Shown: positions 9,059 through 20,010, counted from the first letter of the stretch. The stretch is 55,544 bases of DNA from a virus (IMGVR_UViG_3300012667_000989:1-55544); one strand, 5' to 3'. Program-made: numbers and translations. Notes: a model not told the origin generated them from the sequence alone.

Positions 9059-10260
9059 GCGTATTAAGCGGATTTTATAGAGCAAGTTATAGCATCAACG
9101 GCAAGAAAGCTACTTTTTATGCAAGGAATGTTTCTGATAGCGGATTAGGAAGAAAAACAGTTATTCACGAATATCCAAACTCTTCTGAAAGATATGTTCA
9201 GGATATGGGTAAAAAGTCTGGAATTTATGACTTTGACATTGAAATTCAAGAAACCACCTTTTCACGATATAAACGATCTAAAAAGAAGCTAGAAGATAAC
9301 TTAAACGCAATTGGAAGAGGAACTTTAACGCATCCTACAATTGGTGAAAAAAAAGTTGTGGTTGTTTCTGCTTCTGTTGATGAGAATTTTATTAATGAGC
9401 TAGGAATTGCTAAGTATAAAGTAACTTTTGCCGAATCAACTGTTAATAAGTATCCTGAGGAAGGTTCTAGTAAAAGTGCTTTGTCTAAATGGTTCGATCA
9501 ACACTTTGCGAGTGCTAAAGCTGCTTTTGATAAAGCTGCTGAATACTATGACAAAGGAATTGAAGGATTTAACATTGCTAGGGATTATATTCAAAATACT
9601 ACGCAAACAGTAAATGATATTGTTTCAACTGTAAATGGTGTTGCTGATGAAGCCGCAGCTTTTGTTGCTGATATTGCAGATTTGACAGCTTCTTTGACAG
9701 AGCTAATGCAAACTCCATCTAATCTTTCTCGAAGATTTCAAAATATATTTGGAGCAATATCGGCAATTACAGATAGTTTTAATACAATGGTTGACATTGC
9801 TTTGAACATCTTTGATTCAAGTAAGAATGAACAATATCCAGCTTCTTCTGCAAGAAATGAGCAACTCAACACAAACAATCAAGAGTTAGATAATTATTTT
9901 AAAACATCATCGTTAGCTGTTGCTTGCCTCGCCTCGACAAATATTGATTACACTTCGCAAGAAGAAATAGACGGCATAATTAAAAGGTTAAGCACTGCTT
10001 TTGATAGCTTAAATCCTAATAAGATAGATGAAGATGTTTATTACAACTTACAAAATCTTAAAGTTGGAACTACAGCATTTCTTAAAAATTTAAGAACTAC
10101 ATTGCCGTTTTATGTTAGCATAAAAACAAACAGCGTACCAAGTGCGGTTTTGGCTTACAATTATTATGGAGCTAGCGATAGGTCTGATGAAATACTCCTT
10201 TTGAATAACATTGAAGACCCTGCTTTTGTTAGCGGAAATATTAATATACTTTCTGGATAA
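9055..10260 (+). CDS. DNA circularization protein (Mu gpN-like)
   Basis: GRKTVIHEYP....YVQDMG, GTLTHP, LAYNYYG...R..EI..LNNIEDPAFV. Confidence 0.92.
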   Translation: MSVLSGFYRASYSINGKKATFYARNVSDSGLGRKTVIHEYPNSSERYVQDMGKKSGIYDFDIEIQETTFSRYKRSKKKLEDNLNAIGRGTLTHPTIGEKKVVVVSASVDENFINELGIAKYKVTFAESTVNKYPEEGSSKSALSKWFDQHFASAKAAFDKAAEYYDKGIEGFNIARDYIQNTTQTVNDIVSTVNGVADEAAAFVADIADLTASLTELMQTPSNLSRRFQNIFGAISAITDSFNTMVDIALNIFDSSKNEQYPASSARNEQLNTNNQELDNYFKTSSLAVACLASTNIDYTSQEEIDGIIKRLSTAFDSLNPNKIDEDVYYNLQNLKVGTTAFLKNLRTTLPFYVSIKTNSVPSAVLAYNYYGASDRSDEILLLNNIEDPAFVSGNINILSG

Positions 10261-11654
10261 TGGCTTTTGAAGATAATATAACAATAGATATAGCGGGAGT
10301 TAGCTTTAAAACCTTTAAATCCGTTTCGGTCAATGAAAGCTTAGATTTCTTTGGAAAGACTTTTAATATTGACATCAATATTCCAACTCAAGATGCCGAT
10401 ATTTTTTACGAAGGGCAGGGAATTAAACTTTATTTAGATGATGAGCCTTTTTTAACTGGTTATATTGATGAGGTAGATATTGATTATTCTGTTGGCTCTT
10501 GCGACATAAGATTTTCTGGTAGAGATAAAGTTTCTGATTTAATTGATAGCCGAATATCAAACAAAGTTTTTGCAACACCTACAACCTTTGAGAATGTTTT
10601 AAAAAAAGTTTTAGAAGCTGTTGGTTACGAGGTTTTAAGTGCTACAAAAATAGGAACTTCAATTTCTAAAATAGAAATACCTTCGAGCCTAACATCTTTA
10701 GCAAGCAAATTCAACATTCCGACCTCTTTTGAAGAAGGTTTAGCTTTAGCGGAAAATCAAATTGCGGTTATTAATGAATATGGATATATAGAGCCATTTT
10801 CTAATTCTGAAGGAATTGGATTTAGTAAAGATGAAAGTGCTTACGAGTTAATTCAAAGACTAGCTGACAAAAGAAGACTGGTATTAGGCACTGATGGCAA
10901 TGGAAACATTATCATTAGAAAAATAGGCAACAAGCAAGCTCTTGTAAAATTACAAAACTTGACTGAACTTAATAAAAAAAGTGGATTACTTGGTGGATTA
11001 CTTGAGAGCGGAGCTTCTGCAACAGTAGATACATCTCAAAATAACATAAAAGATGCTTCTATTAAAAGGGATTTAAAAAATAGATATTATGAATACAAAA
11101 TAGTTTCAAGTTTAACTGGAACTAATCCAGATGGTAAAGATTGGAAAGCTGTAATGGATAATTTAAAAAATAATACAGTTCAATATAGCGGTGTTTTTTA
11201 CGATAAATCAGTAAGAAAAACAAGAAAGTTTGTTGATTATGTAGCTAACCTAAACAACTCTCAATGTAAAGAAAGAGCTGAATGGGAATGCAATATTAGA
11301 TATTCTAAATCCCATGTTTATTCTTGCAGCGTAGTTGGTTGGAGACAAGGATTAAGACCTATTACTTTTAAATCTTTAGCAACGGCATTAAGCAGCCCTT
11401 CTAACTTTCTCAAGCCTCAAAAAAACGAGCCTTGGCAAGCAAATCAATTAGTACAGATAACTGATAACTTGGCTCAAGTAGATGATAATCTTCTGATAAA
11501 AGATATTACTTACAATCTAAGCAAAGAGTCTGGCTCTTATGTTAGATTGAGTCTGGTTGATAAATTGTCTTATACTAATTCTGTATTTGAGCCAAAAATT
11601 AAAAAACCAAGAAAAAAATCAAATTCAGTAATAAAAGGATTAGGGTTGGAATGA
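10260..11654 (+). CDS. Baseplate hub (Mu gp44/gpP-like)
   Basis: LTGYID...SGRDKVSDLIDS; RAEWE; PWQANQLV.I.D. Confidence 0.9.
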   Translation: MAFEDNITIDIAGVSFKTFKSVSVNESLDFFGKTFNIDINIPTQDADIFYEGQGIKLYLDDEPFLTGYIDEVDIDYSVGSCDIRFSGRDKVSDLIDSRISNKVFATPTTFENVLKKVLEAVGYEVLSATKIGTSISKIEIPSSLTSLASKFNIPTSFEEGLALAENQIAVINEYGYIEPFSNSEGIGFSKDESAYELIQRLADKRRLVLGTDGNGNIIIRKIGNKQALVKLQNLTELNKKSGLLGGLLESGASATVDTSQNNIKDASIKRDLKNRYYEYKIVSSLTGTNPDGKDWKAVMDNLKNNTVQYSGVFYDKSVRKTRKFVDYVANLNNSQCKERAEWECNIRYSKSHVYSCSVVGWRQGLRPITFKSLATALSSPSNFLKPQKNEPWQANQLVQITDNLAQVDDNLLIKDITYNLSKESGSYVRLSLVDKLSYTNSVFEPKIKKPRKKSNSVIKGLGLE

Positions 11655-12175
11655 TTAGAATAGCAGAAATAAAACAATTAGAATATGTTGGGCAACTTGG
11701 TAGAATAAGAGTTCAGTTTAAAGACCCAGCTTCAACCAATGTTGAAAACGGAGTTTTAATTCTACCAACTGGTGATAATGTTTGCCCTTCTGTTGGTGAT
11801 TCTTGTTATGTTTTATGTGTTGGCGATGAATATGGAATAAATTATGTAATACCTTATGATGTTGATAGCGCACCTAAAATTCTTGAAGGTGAAAAGATTA
11901 TTTATGGAAAAAAGCAAAACCAAATTTATTTCAAACAAGATGGCTCAATAAGTATTACAACCTCTGATAGCAAGCAAATTGATATTACTGCACAAGGTGG
12001 AGTTAATATTACTGGAGCGGTAAATATTACTGGGAATGTTGCAATTACTGGGAACCTAAGTGTTAGCGGAACTTCTAACTTACAAGGCACAACTACTATT
12101 GAAACCAAGCCATTTATTACTCACACTCATAGTGGAGTAATAGTTGGCGTTGGTAATACTGGAGCAGTAGTCTAA
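11651..12175 (+). CDS. Baseplate spike (Mu gp45/gpV-like)
   Basis: GEKIIY, V.ITG beta-helix repeats, C-terminal HTH iron-binding tip (THTHSGV). Confidence 0.9.
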   Translation: MIRIAEIKQLEYVGQLGRIRVQFKDPASTNVENGVLILPTGDNVCPSVGDSCYVLCVGDEYGINYVIPYDVDSAPKILEGEKIIYGKKQNQIYFKQDGSISITTSDSKQIDITAQGGVNITGAVNITGNVAITGNLSVSGTSNLQGTTTIETKPFITHTHSGVIVGVGNTGAVV

Positions 12176-12251
12176 TGATTAGGAAACCAAAAGGTACCAC
12201 ACCCGCAAACCTAACCATTAGACCAATAAAAATTTATAAACAATATTAACT

Positions 12252-12704
12252 ATGTCAATAAAAGATTTAAAATTAATAAAAAATTCTGATGGGATATTTG
12301 ACATTTCTTTTGAGAATGGGGACTTTGCTTTAACAGGCGGTCTTGAGACTTCTTTTATGATGACAATTTATTGCCAAAAAAGAGAGGATTCAATTGAAGA
12401 CCCTCGTTCTCGTGGAGGTTGGATTGGCAACGAGTTAAACGAAGACGGATTTGAACAAGGCTCTTTAGTTTGGACGCTTTATCAAGAAAAATTAGATGAT
12501 GATACTGTTAATATTTGCCAGAATTATTTAGAAGATGCTTTTCAATGGTATATTGACAAAGGAATTGCAAAAGAAATTGATATTATTGTTGAAAAAGATA
12601 TTGACTTAGAAAAATTAACAGCAACAATTACCGCAATAAGGAATGATAATACTGAATTTGTGCAGTATTATGATTTATGGATAAACACAATTAATGCAAG
12701 CTAA
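12252..12704 (+). CDS. Baseplate protein (Mu gp46-like)
   Basis: RGGWIGN...GSLVWTL...EDAFQWYIDKGIA. Confidence 0.9.
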   Translation: MSIKDLKLIKNSDGIFDISFENGDFALTGGLETSFMMTIYCQKREDSIEDPRSRGGWIGNELNEDGFEQGSLVWTLYQEKLDDDTVNICQNYLEDAFQWYIDKGIAKEIDIIVEKDIDLEKLTATITAIRNDNTEFVQYYDLWINTINAS

Positions 12705-12715
12705 CACCACGGCTA

Positions 12716-14257
12716 ATGACATTAAACCTACCCTCTGATAGAAAAGAGGTATATAACAGGATTGTTTCAGATGTAACCGCACAGTTGCCAGACAGTGGGG
12801 CGTTTTTGCCTACCTCTTATTTAGGTTCTTTAATTAAAGGTTTAGCTTACAGAGTTTATGACAATTATCAGAAGATTCTGATAATGATTAATCAATTCTT
12901 TGTAAATACCGCAACTGGTGTTTATTTAGAAAGATGGGGCAATACTTACGGAATTACAAGAACTGTTGCAACCTCTGCCACAGGAAATGTTGTTTTTTCA
13001 GGAACTGCTGCAACTTCTGTCCCCTCTGCCACAAGCCTTCAAAGCGCATCTGGAATAACTTACACAACGCAATCTACTTCAACTATTTCATTAAACAGCG
13101 TTTCAGTTTCTTCAATGTCAAGAACTGGAACTTTAGTAACTGTTAATTTTACTGCTGAACATAATTTAGCAAGTGGAATCGCCGTTACAATTACTGGCGC
13201 AAGCCCTTCTGACTTCAATGCTTCAAATGTTATAATTACTGTAACTTCTACTACGCAATTTCAATTTACACAAGCTGGAACTGCTGGAAGCGCAAGTGGC
13301 ACAATTATTGCTGAATGGACTACCGCAAGTGTAGCTGTAACTGCAAGCTCTCAAGGGCAAAATACCAATATTACTTCTGGTGGAATTTTAACATTAGGAA
13401 GCCCTATTGTTGGCGTTAATAATAATGCTTTTGTTGATTTCAATGAGTTATCCGGTGGTACTGATATTGAAGGAGACGCTTCTTATCGCTCAAGAGTTTT
13501 ATTTAGAATACAATTCCCTTTTTCATTCTTCAATACAAGCGCATTAATTAATCAAGCAAAATTAATTGCTGGCGTAACTAGAGTTTGGATATTTTCACCA
13601 AGCACCACATCTGCCTCAATTTCTATTTCAAACCTTGTAAGAGCTGGACAAATTGCAACTGCTACTTCAACCGCTCATGGCTTAGTAAGTGGATCTTATG
13701 TTACTGTTACTGGTGCGGTTCAAAGTGAGTATAATGTTATTGAAGAAAGAGTTATTGTAATTGATGCAAACACTTTTGCCTATCCTGTAAGTGGAAGCCC
13801 AACAACCCCTGCAACTGGCACAATTTCAGCAGCTTATTCTTATGTTGAAGAAGGACAAGTTAGAATTGGTTTCACAAGAGATAATGATGCTTCAATTATT
13901 CCAAGCTCAACAGAAGTAAATACTGTAAAAGATAAAATATTAGAGATTAAACCAGCTCATATGAGTGATGATGATGTTATTGTTTTTGCTCCAACTGCTG
14001 TATCTATCCCAGTTACTTTTTCAAGTTTAAGCCCTAACACAACCGCAATGCAAACAGCTATTACAAGCTCTTTGACTGACTTCTTTAAGCTATCAAACAA
14101 CATTGGTGAGAATGTTAAATTAGCTGATATAAACGCTGTTATTTCTCAAACAATTGATTCAAGTGGAAGTGTGCCAATTTATACTTTATCTGCACCAAGT
14201 GCGGACACTACGATTGGTTTAAATGAAATTGGAACTTTGGGGGTGATTACTTATTAA
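12716..14257 (+). CDS. Baseplate wedge J (Mu gp47-like) with two FCCH-like inserts
   Basis: TATGVYLERWG..YGITR..AT.ATG.V; GGTDIE.D..YR.R; GVTRVWI. Confidence 0.92.
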   Translation: MTLNLPSDRKEVYNRIVSDVTAQLPDSGAFLPTSYLGSLIKGLAYRVYDNYQKILIMINQFFVNTATGVYLERWGNTYGITRTVATSATGNVVFSGTAATSVPSATSLQSASGITYTTQSTSTISLNSVSVSSMSRTGTLVTVNFTAEHNLASGIAVTITGASPSDFNASNVIITVTSTTQFQFTQAGTAGSASGTIIAEWTTASVAVTASSQGQNTNITSGGILTLGSPIVGVNNNAFVDFNELSGGTDIEGDASYRSRVLFRIQFPFSFFNTSALINQAKLIAGVTRVWIFSPSTTSASISISNLVRAGQIATATSTAHGLVSGSYVTVTGAVQSEYNVIEERVIVIDANTFAYPVSGSPTTPATGTISAAYSYVEEGQVRIGFTRDNDASIIPSSTEVNTVKDKILEIKPAHMSDDDVIVFAPTAVSIPVTFSSLSPNTTAMQTAITSSLTDFFKLSNNIGENVKLADINAVISQTIDSSGSVPIYTLSAPSADTTIGLNEIGTLGVITY

Positions 14258-14880
14258 TGCCTAATTTTCAAGCCCACACATTAGAACAACATGAACAGGC
14301 GATCAGCCAATACATGCCTAATGATAGGCTATTTCAAGCTAAGAATGTTAAGGATACAAACCTTTATAAATTATTCTTAGGTTTAGGCGGAGAGTTCACA
14401 AGAGTTGACGAGATATTTCAAAATGTTTGGGATAATACAAATATTCTAACCACAAATGATTTAGAATATATCTCAAGATGGGAAGCTGCAGTTGGAATAC
14501 CTGATGATTGTTTCACGCAAACAACATCGCTTTCTTTAGAAGAAAGAAGAGAGCAAATTCTAGTTAAATTAACTTCTTTGGGAGTTTTGACAGAACAAGA
14601 TTTTATTGATTTGGCGGCTATCTTTGGATATACGATTGAAATAAGTAATGGAATAGAATATGGGACTTTCCCATTAACTTTTCCATTTACATTTTTCGCA
14701 AACCCTAAACAAGCAAGATTTACAATGATTGTAAATATGCCAACAAGTTTAGCCCCAACATCTGTTTTTCCTTTAACCTTCCCTTTCACTTTTAGTAGTG
14801 GTGGTGGTTCAGTTATTGAGTGTTTATTTAACAAGCTAAAACCAGCTAATACATCAATTGTTTTTAATTATATTTTATAG
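14257..14880 (+). CDS. Baseplate wedge (Mu gp48 / DUF2313-like)
   Basis: WEAAVGIPD.C, F.DLAA.FGY.I, IECLFNKLKPANT; duplicated FPLTFPFTF. Confidence 0.88.
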   Translation: MPNFQAHTLEQHEQAISQYMPNDRLFQAKNVKDTNLYKLFLGLGGEFTRVDEIFQNVWDNTNILTTNDLEYISRWEAAVGIPDDCFTQTTSLSLEERREQILVKLTSLGVLTEQDFIDLAAIFGYTIEISNGIEYGTFPLTFPFTFFANPKQARFTMIVNMPTSLAPTSVFPLTFPFTFSSGGGSVIECLFNKLKPANTSIVFNYIL

Positions 14881-14883
14881 AAA

Positions 14884-15897
14884 ATGGACATAGTATCAAA
14901 GATAAATGGAAATACATTATCGGCAACAGAATTTAACCAAATTCCAACTGAATTAGAAGCTGGAATTACTGCTTCAGGACAAACTCCTTCTGATGCAACT
15001 CTAAACCAAGTACCGATTTTTGTTTCAAGATTTGCAGCAAATAATTTCTACATAGACAGCGGCGTTGCTGACGCTTATGTTTTAGCTCTTGCTGCTTCAA
15101 TGACTAACCCAGTTAGTGCAACTGTTGGTTACTTCATCGGAATGACAATCCGCTTTAGAGCGGGAAACGCCAATACAGGAGCTTCAACAGTAAATGTAAA
15201 CTCTGGCGGCGTTAAATCAATTAAACTTGGGGATGGATCTACCAATCCTCCAGCAGGATCTATTTCTACTACCGCCGATACTATTGCTAGATATGACGGC
15301 ACTGTTTTTAGATTAGAGCAAGTTAATCTAGTTGGTGGAGTTATAGGAAACTTACCTGTGGCGAATCTAAATAGCGGGACTTCTGCATCCTCTTCTACTT
15401 TTTGGCGTGGTGATGGAACTTGGGCAGCTCCCTCTGTCAGTGGATCAATAATTCAAACTACATCAGTTGCTAAAACAGATACCTCGACCGTTACTGGAAC
15501 TACTTTTGCAACAACTGGTTTAACAGCCGCCATAACACCAAGCTCCGCTTCGAATAAAGTTCTGGTTACAATAAATTGGCAAGGTGGCACGGATACCTCT
15601 TCGTTAGGATTCTTAAAATTATTAAGAGGTTCTACCCCTATTTGCATTGGAGATGCAGCGGGAAGTAGGTTGCAGGTTTCGGCTTTGGTTTATACAGCGG
15701 ATGCCAACGGTGCTTTAGGTGTTGCGTTATCTTTTTTAGATTCCCCTGCGACCACAAGCTCTACAACTTATGTGCTTCATGCCGCCTCTGCAACTGGTGG
15801 TACATCGGTATTCACTAATAGATCAAATACAGACCCCAATTCTACATCTGGCGCAAGAATGGCTTCAACTATAACTTTACAAGAAATCAAAGTATAA
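14884..15897 (+). CDS. Tail fibre protein
   Basis: Follows gp48; [21 protein letters not shown] and [13 protein letters not shown] motifs; beta-sandwich C-terminus. Confidence 0.85.
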   Translation: MDIVSKINGNTLSATEFNQIPTELEAGITASGQTPSDATLNQVPIFVSRFAANNFYIDSGVADAYVLALAASMTNPVSATVGYFIGMTIRFRAGNANTGASTVNVNSGGVKSIKLGDGSTNPPAGSISTTADTIARYDGTVFRLEQVNLVGGVIGNLPVANLNSGTSASSSTFWRGDGTWAAPSVSGSIIQTTSVAKTDTSTVTGTTFATTGLTAAITPSSASNKVLVTINWQGGTDTSSLGFLKLLRGSTPICIGDAAGSRLQVSALVYTADANGALGVALSFLDSPATTSSTTYVLHAASATGGTSVFTNRSNTDPNSTSGARMASTITLQEIKV

Positions 15898-15901
15898 ATC
15901 T

Positions 15902-16450
15902 ATGAAAAATAAAATATGTGAAATTATTGCATGGAAATATAAACAGTATTCCCATGCTTGTCCATCTGAAAATGACTATGAATCTATTTGGTGGAATCCT
16001 GAAAATGACATTCCTAAGCCTTCTTTATATGAAATAGAGCAAGTTGATTCAGAATATTCATCTTTTTTACAAATTAAGTCTTTTGAAAATTTAAAAAATT
16101 CTAAAATATCTCAACTTAAATTAAATCTTGAATTACAGAACAACAAGCCTTGTCTAGTAAAAGTTGGAGATGTTGAGTTTCTAATAAAAAAAGAAGACGA
16201 AATAACTATTGGAAGAAGAATTAAAAGACTTTCAGCTTTGCCATCTGGCTCTACTGCTGAATGGAGCAACTCTTCTAATGAGCGATTGGATCTTACTTTA
16301 CCTCAATTTGAAGAATTATTAAGAACTCTTCAAAACCATCTTGATGTAAGAGACGAGCAAAATTTCGCAATTTATTTTCCAATCAAAAAAGAAATTGAAG
16401 CTGCTTTAACAATTGAAGAATTAAACGATATTAACATTAATTTTAATTAA
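15902..16450 (+). CDS. Tail fibre assembly-like protein (DUF4376-like)
   Basis: Follows the fibre; W...SN...L, KKEIEAALTIEELNDI C-terminus. Confidence 0.65.
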   Translation: MKNKICEIIAWKYKQYSHACPSENDYESIWWNPENDIPKPSLYEIEQVDSEYSSFLQIKSFENLKNSKISQLKLNLELQNNKPCLVKVGDVEFLIKKEDEITIGRRIKRLSALPSGSTAEWSNSSNERLDLTLPQFEELLRTLQNHLDVRDEQNFAIYFPIKKEIEAALTIEELNDININFN

Positions 16451-16452
16451 AT

Positions 16453-17481
16453 ATGCTAGGATTATTAGGAAGCTTACTGGAATCAAGTGGTGGTGGTGGT
16501 GGAGGATCTCCAGGTGGATCTAATACCCAAGTTCAATTTAATGATGCAGGTTCATTTGGGGGAGATGCTGGATTTACTTACAATAAAACAACAGATTCAC
16601 TTACACTAGCTGGGAATCAAACATTTAGCGGAACAGCAAAAAGAATTACTGGCGACTTCACAAATGCCACTAAATCAAATCGCTTAAGCCTCCAAACTTC
16701 TACAGCTAACAGCACAACTGGGGTTGCTGCTTTACCAAGTGGGACTGGTCAAGTTGGTTCTTTTTTTGCTCACGGCGGATCAGATGCAGATAATTCAGCT
16801 TATGCACAATTCCATTGTGACTCTTCTGGTGGTCATGTTGGTATTAATTCAAGTAAAACTGGTACTGGAACAACCCTGCCTATTCGTTTACAAATTGATA
16901 ATACAACGAAAGTTAGTGTAGATACTAGTGGAAATTTAAATTATGTTAACGCAACCGCTTCTACTGCTGCGGCATTTGATTCTAGTAAGAATCTTGTTAG
17001 CGTTACTAACACGGGGACTGGAGATAATGTTTTAGCTACTTCTCCAACTTTTACGACTTCCACAACGACAGCAGGAACTGGTGGGACGGTTATTCAAACT
17101 TTAAGTAGTGGGGCGTCTGGCGGTATTTATAATACAGTAATTGCAAATTACGATTTTACCTCTGACGCTACCCCTGTTTTAATTTATACTCTAACTTTAG
17201 CAACCAATACCACTTACGCAATAAAAGGATTTGTAAGAGGGAGAAGAAGTGGAGGAGGAGGATCCGCAGGCGATTCTTCAGTATTTAATTTTTTTGGCTG
17301 CGTTAAAAATGTTGCGGGAACTGTGAGCATAGTTTCTACAATTGATGTAATTTCTAAATTAGACATTGCGGGTCCAAATATTACTTTCTCAACCTCTGGA
17401 GCAACATTACAATTTTATGTAACAGGCGTTGCGGCAACCAATATAAATTGGTCATTCTTTTTAGAAACTTTTGGAAGATAA
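16453..17481 (+). CDS. Gly/Ser/Thr-rich fibre or virion decoration protein
   Basis: PGGSNTQVQFNDAGSFGGDAGFTYNK motif common in phage fibres. Confidence 0.7.
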   Translation: MLGLLGSLLESSGGGGGGSPGGSNTQVQFNDAGSFGGDAGFTYNKTTDSLTLAGNQTFSGTAKRITGDFTNATKSNRLSLQTSTANSTTGVAALPSGTGQVGSFFAHGGSDADNSAYAQFHCDSSGGHVGINSSKTGTGTTLPIRLQIDNTTKVSVDTSGNLNYVNATASTAAAFDSSKNLVSVTNTGTGDNVLATSPTFTTSTTTAGTGGTVIQTLSSGASGGIYNTVIANYDFTSDATPVLIYTLTLATNTTYAIKGFVRGRRSGGGGSAGDSSVFNFFGCVKNVAGTVSIVSTIDVISKLDIAGPNITFSTSGATLQFYVTGVAATNINWSFFLETFGR

Positions 17482-17499
17482 TAATTAATTTTAATTTAT

Positions 17500-18843
17500 A
17501 TGAAAATTCAAAATGATGTTGTAGACGGCGCAAGTTTTACAACTCCAGACCTAGGAACTCCTTCGGCGTTAATTGGAACTAATATTACTGGAACGGCTGC
17601 TGGACTAACCGCTGGGAATGTCACTACAAATGCAAACTTAACTGGCGATGTGACCAGTGTGGGGAATGCAACTACGATTGCAAATAATGCCGTCACAACA
17701 GCAAAAGTTCTAAATTCAAATATCACCTTGGCAAAAATTGCCAACGCTGCAGCAAATAGTAAACTGCTGGGATCAGGTGATGCTGGATCTGGGGCAGCTT
17801 ATACCGAGATTACTCTTGGGACTAACCTTTCTATGAGCGGCAGCACTCTTAATGCCGCTTCTGCAGGCGCCACAGCTTTCAACGCAATAACTTCAGGCAC
17901 AAATACAACCGCTGCAATGGTTGTCGGAACTGGGTCTTCTTTAGCAGTTTCTGGATCAGGTACTATTGCGGCAACAACCGTGGTTACAAATGCAAATTTA
18001 ACGGGCGCAATTACTTCAGTTGGCAATGCGACATCTCTTGGTTCATTTACTTCAGCTCAATTAGCTACTGCTTTGACGGATGAAACTGGAACGGGAGCAA
18101 ATGTTTTTGCTACTTCTCCAACTTTAGTAACTCCAGCCTTAGGAACTCCTTCTTCGGGGGTTCTTACTAATTGTACTGGCTTACCAAAAACTACAGGCAT
18201 TGCGAATTGGTCTGCTCCAACTGTTCAGAAATTTCTCTCTGGTTCAGGAACATACACAAAACCAGCCAATGTCCTTTACATTAAAGTATTGATGGTTGGT
18301 GGAGGCGCAGGTGGATGCGGCAGCGGCACAAGTAATACTGGAGGCATAGGTGGCGCTGGTGGCAATACTACATTTGGCACCTCTCTTCTGGTAGCTAATG
18401 GAGGTAGCGCTAATGTAGTTCCTTATCAAAGCGGAGCTGGAGGAAGTGCTTCTTTAGGTACTGGACCAATTGGAACAGCTATTGCTGGGGGAGTTGGTGA
18501 TAGCGGGGTTAGTTTTAACCTCGCAAGCACATATGTTCTTGGCGGTCGTGGCTCGTCAAGCCCTCTTGGAGGGGCGGCTGGGGGAAATCTTGTTGTTGGC
18601 GTTGCGGCAATAACTAATACTGGTTCTGGTGGTGGTGGAGCGGGTTCCAATGCGGTTACTTTGTGCGTAACTGGGGCTGGCGGCTCTGCTGGTGGGTTTG
18701 TTAACGCTATAATACTTTCTCCATCAGCTACTTATAGTTATGCGGTAGGAGCTGGTGGCGCTGGCGGGACTGCTGGGACTTCAGGTCTTGCTGGTGGCGC
18801 TGGTGGCTCTGGTTATATCGAAGTAACTGAATATTATCAATAA
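17500..18843 (+). CDS. Fibre protein with C-terminal glycine-rich domain
   Basis: TNANLTG.(V/I)TSVGNAT and TP.LGTPS repeats; SGTYTKP....IKVLMVGGG Gly-rich domain ending IEVTEY. Confidence 0.75.
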   Translation: MKIQNDVVDGASFTTPDLGTPSALIGTNITGTAAGLTAGNVTTNANLTGDVTSVGNATTIANNAVTTAKVLNSNITLAKIANAAANSKLLGSGDAGSGAAYTEITLGTNLSMSGSTLNAASAGATAFNAITSGTNTTAAMVVGTGSSLAVSGSGTIAATTVVTNANLTGAITSVGNATSLGSFTSAQLATALTDETGTGANVFATSPTLVTPALGTPSSGVLTNCTGLPKTTGIANWSAPTVQKFLSGSGTYTKPANVLYIKVLMVGGGAGGCGSGTSNTGGIGGAGGNTTFGTSLLVANGGSANVVPYQSGAGGSASLGTGPIGTAIAGGVGDSGVSFNLASTYVLGGRGSSSPLGGAAGGNLVVGVAAITNTGSGGGGAGSNAVTLCVTGAGGSAGGFVNAIILSPSATYSYAVGAGGAGGTAGTSGLAGGAGGSGYIEVTEYYQ

Positions 18844-18852
18844 GGAGAATTT

Positions 18853-19392
18853 ATGAACATTGAATCTGTAAAAATCACAACTGGTGGCTATAATGTCACT
18901 TCTGAAGGCAATAGGTTTTTTATCCCAAACGATCCTGAAAACCTTGATTGTCAAGATGTTTTAGCGTGGGCTGCAATAGAAGGTAATTTTATTCAACCAG
19001 AATTTACTAATGAAGAACTTTTAAATAAAGCCAAGGAAATTAAAAAAATTGAAATTAAAAATTTAAGATCAACGAATTTATGCAAAAATCTTTTTGCTAA
19101 AACTGTTGATGGAGTAGATTTTTATGTAAAAACAGATCCCGAAATTAATTTATTCCAATCAGCAATTTTAATGTCAGATAACGGAATTCGTTTATGGGGC
19201 TGTTATAGTAGTAATGGCAAAGCTTTACTTTCTTTCTCTAAAGAAGAGTTACTTAATATTGCTAGTCATTACGAAACAAGAAAGAATCAAGAATATAATC
19301 TTTGCGATTTAAGAAGAGAAGCAGTAGATAACCTGACTACTATCCAAGTCCAAGAAATTGAGGCTTTTGATATTACTCAAGTTTTTGAGTAA
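18853..19392 (+). CDS. Tail fibre assembly-like protein
   Basis: FIPNDPEN.D.Q...W...GN motif plus DUF4376-like C-terminus; SD AGGAG. Confidence 0.65.
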   Translation: MNIESVKITTGGYNVTSEGNRFFIPNDPENLDCQDVLAWAAIEGNFIQPEFTNEELLNKAKEIKKIEIKNLRSTNLCKNLFAKTVDGVDFYVKTDPEINLFQSAILMSDNGIRLWGCYSSNGKALLSFSKEELLNIASHYETRKNQEYNLCDLRREAVDNLTTIQVQEIEAFDITQVFE

Positions 19393-19415
19393 TATTAATT
19401 AAAAGAGAAAATTTA

Positions 19416-19814
19416 ATGGACGAAATACTTGATAGCATAAACTATTTAATTTTAAAAACAGCAGGCGGCTTAATTGCGCTTTGGGGAGTGGCAGTTTACG
19501 GATTAGTAAAAATCGCTACATTTCTTGGAGGCTGTGCAGCAGAAGGTGCAATTAATAAAGCTCTATCAAAAATGGTACCTTTAGTAAAGTCTCAATTTAA
19601 GATTGAATTTGAATCTATCAAAGAAGATGTTAGTCAACTAAAAGAAGAAGTTGGAGATTTAAAATCTTCAATTGAAAAATATAGAAAAGTTAAGCATGAT
19701 ATAGAAACTGAAAATCAATATCTTGGAGAAGCTTTGATTTCTAAAGATGAAGAGATGTTGGAAGAATTTAGAGAAATTCTTATTAAAAGAGAAAAAAGGA
19801 AAAAATATGAATGA
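19416..19814 (+). CDS. Membrane protein, holin/antiholin candidate
   Basis: N-terminal hydrophobic segment plus coiled coil; first gene after the fibres. Confidence 0.5.
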   Translation: MDEILDSINYLILKTAGGLIALWGVAVYGLVKIATFLGGCAAEGAINKALSKMVPLVKSQFKIEFESIKEDVSQLKEEVGDLKSSIEKYRKVKHDIETENQYLGEALISKDEEMLEEFREILIKREKRKKYE

Positions 19815-20010
19815 CCAATGTGAAAGACCACCAACTAACATGGAAGTTGCGTATAAAATAGTAAAAGAGTTCTTCAAGTTCTTTTCTAAGCCTCCATTGC
19901 GAGCTACATTCTTCACTATAAGTTTTTGTAGTGGAATGTTCTTTTTCATCTCTAAACTCTCAATATCTGATTGTATCGAGGGGGCTAAGTGGTTAATCTC
20001 ATTGGTGTAA
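19807..20010 (+). CDS. Small membrane protein (holin candidate)
   Basis: Hydrophobic FFTISFCSGMFFFI; ATG 19807 overlaps the upstream stop. Confidence 0.45.
   Translation: MNDQCERPPTNMEVAYKIVKEFFKFFSKPPLRATFFTISFCSGMFFFISKLSISDCIEGAKWLISLV

Noticed and set aside
14884-19392. Diversity-generating retroelement or invertible fibre cassette
   Set aside because: No reverse transcriptase, no TR/VR pair and no invertase recognised
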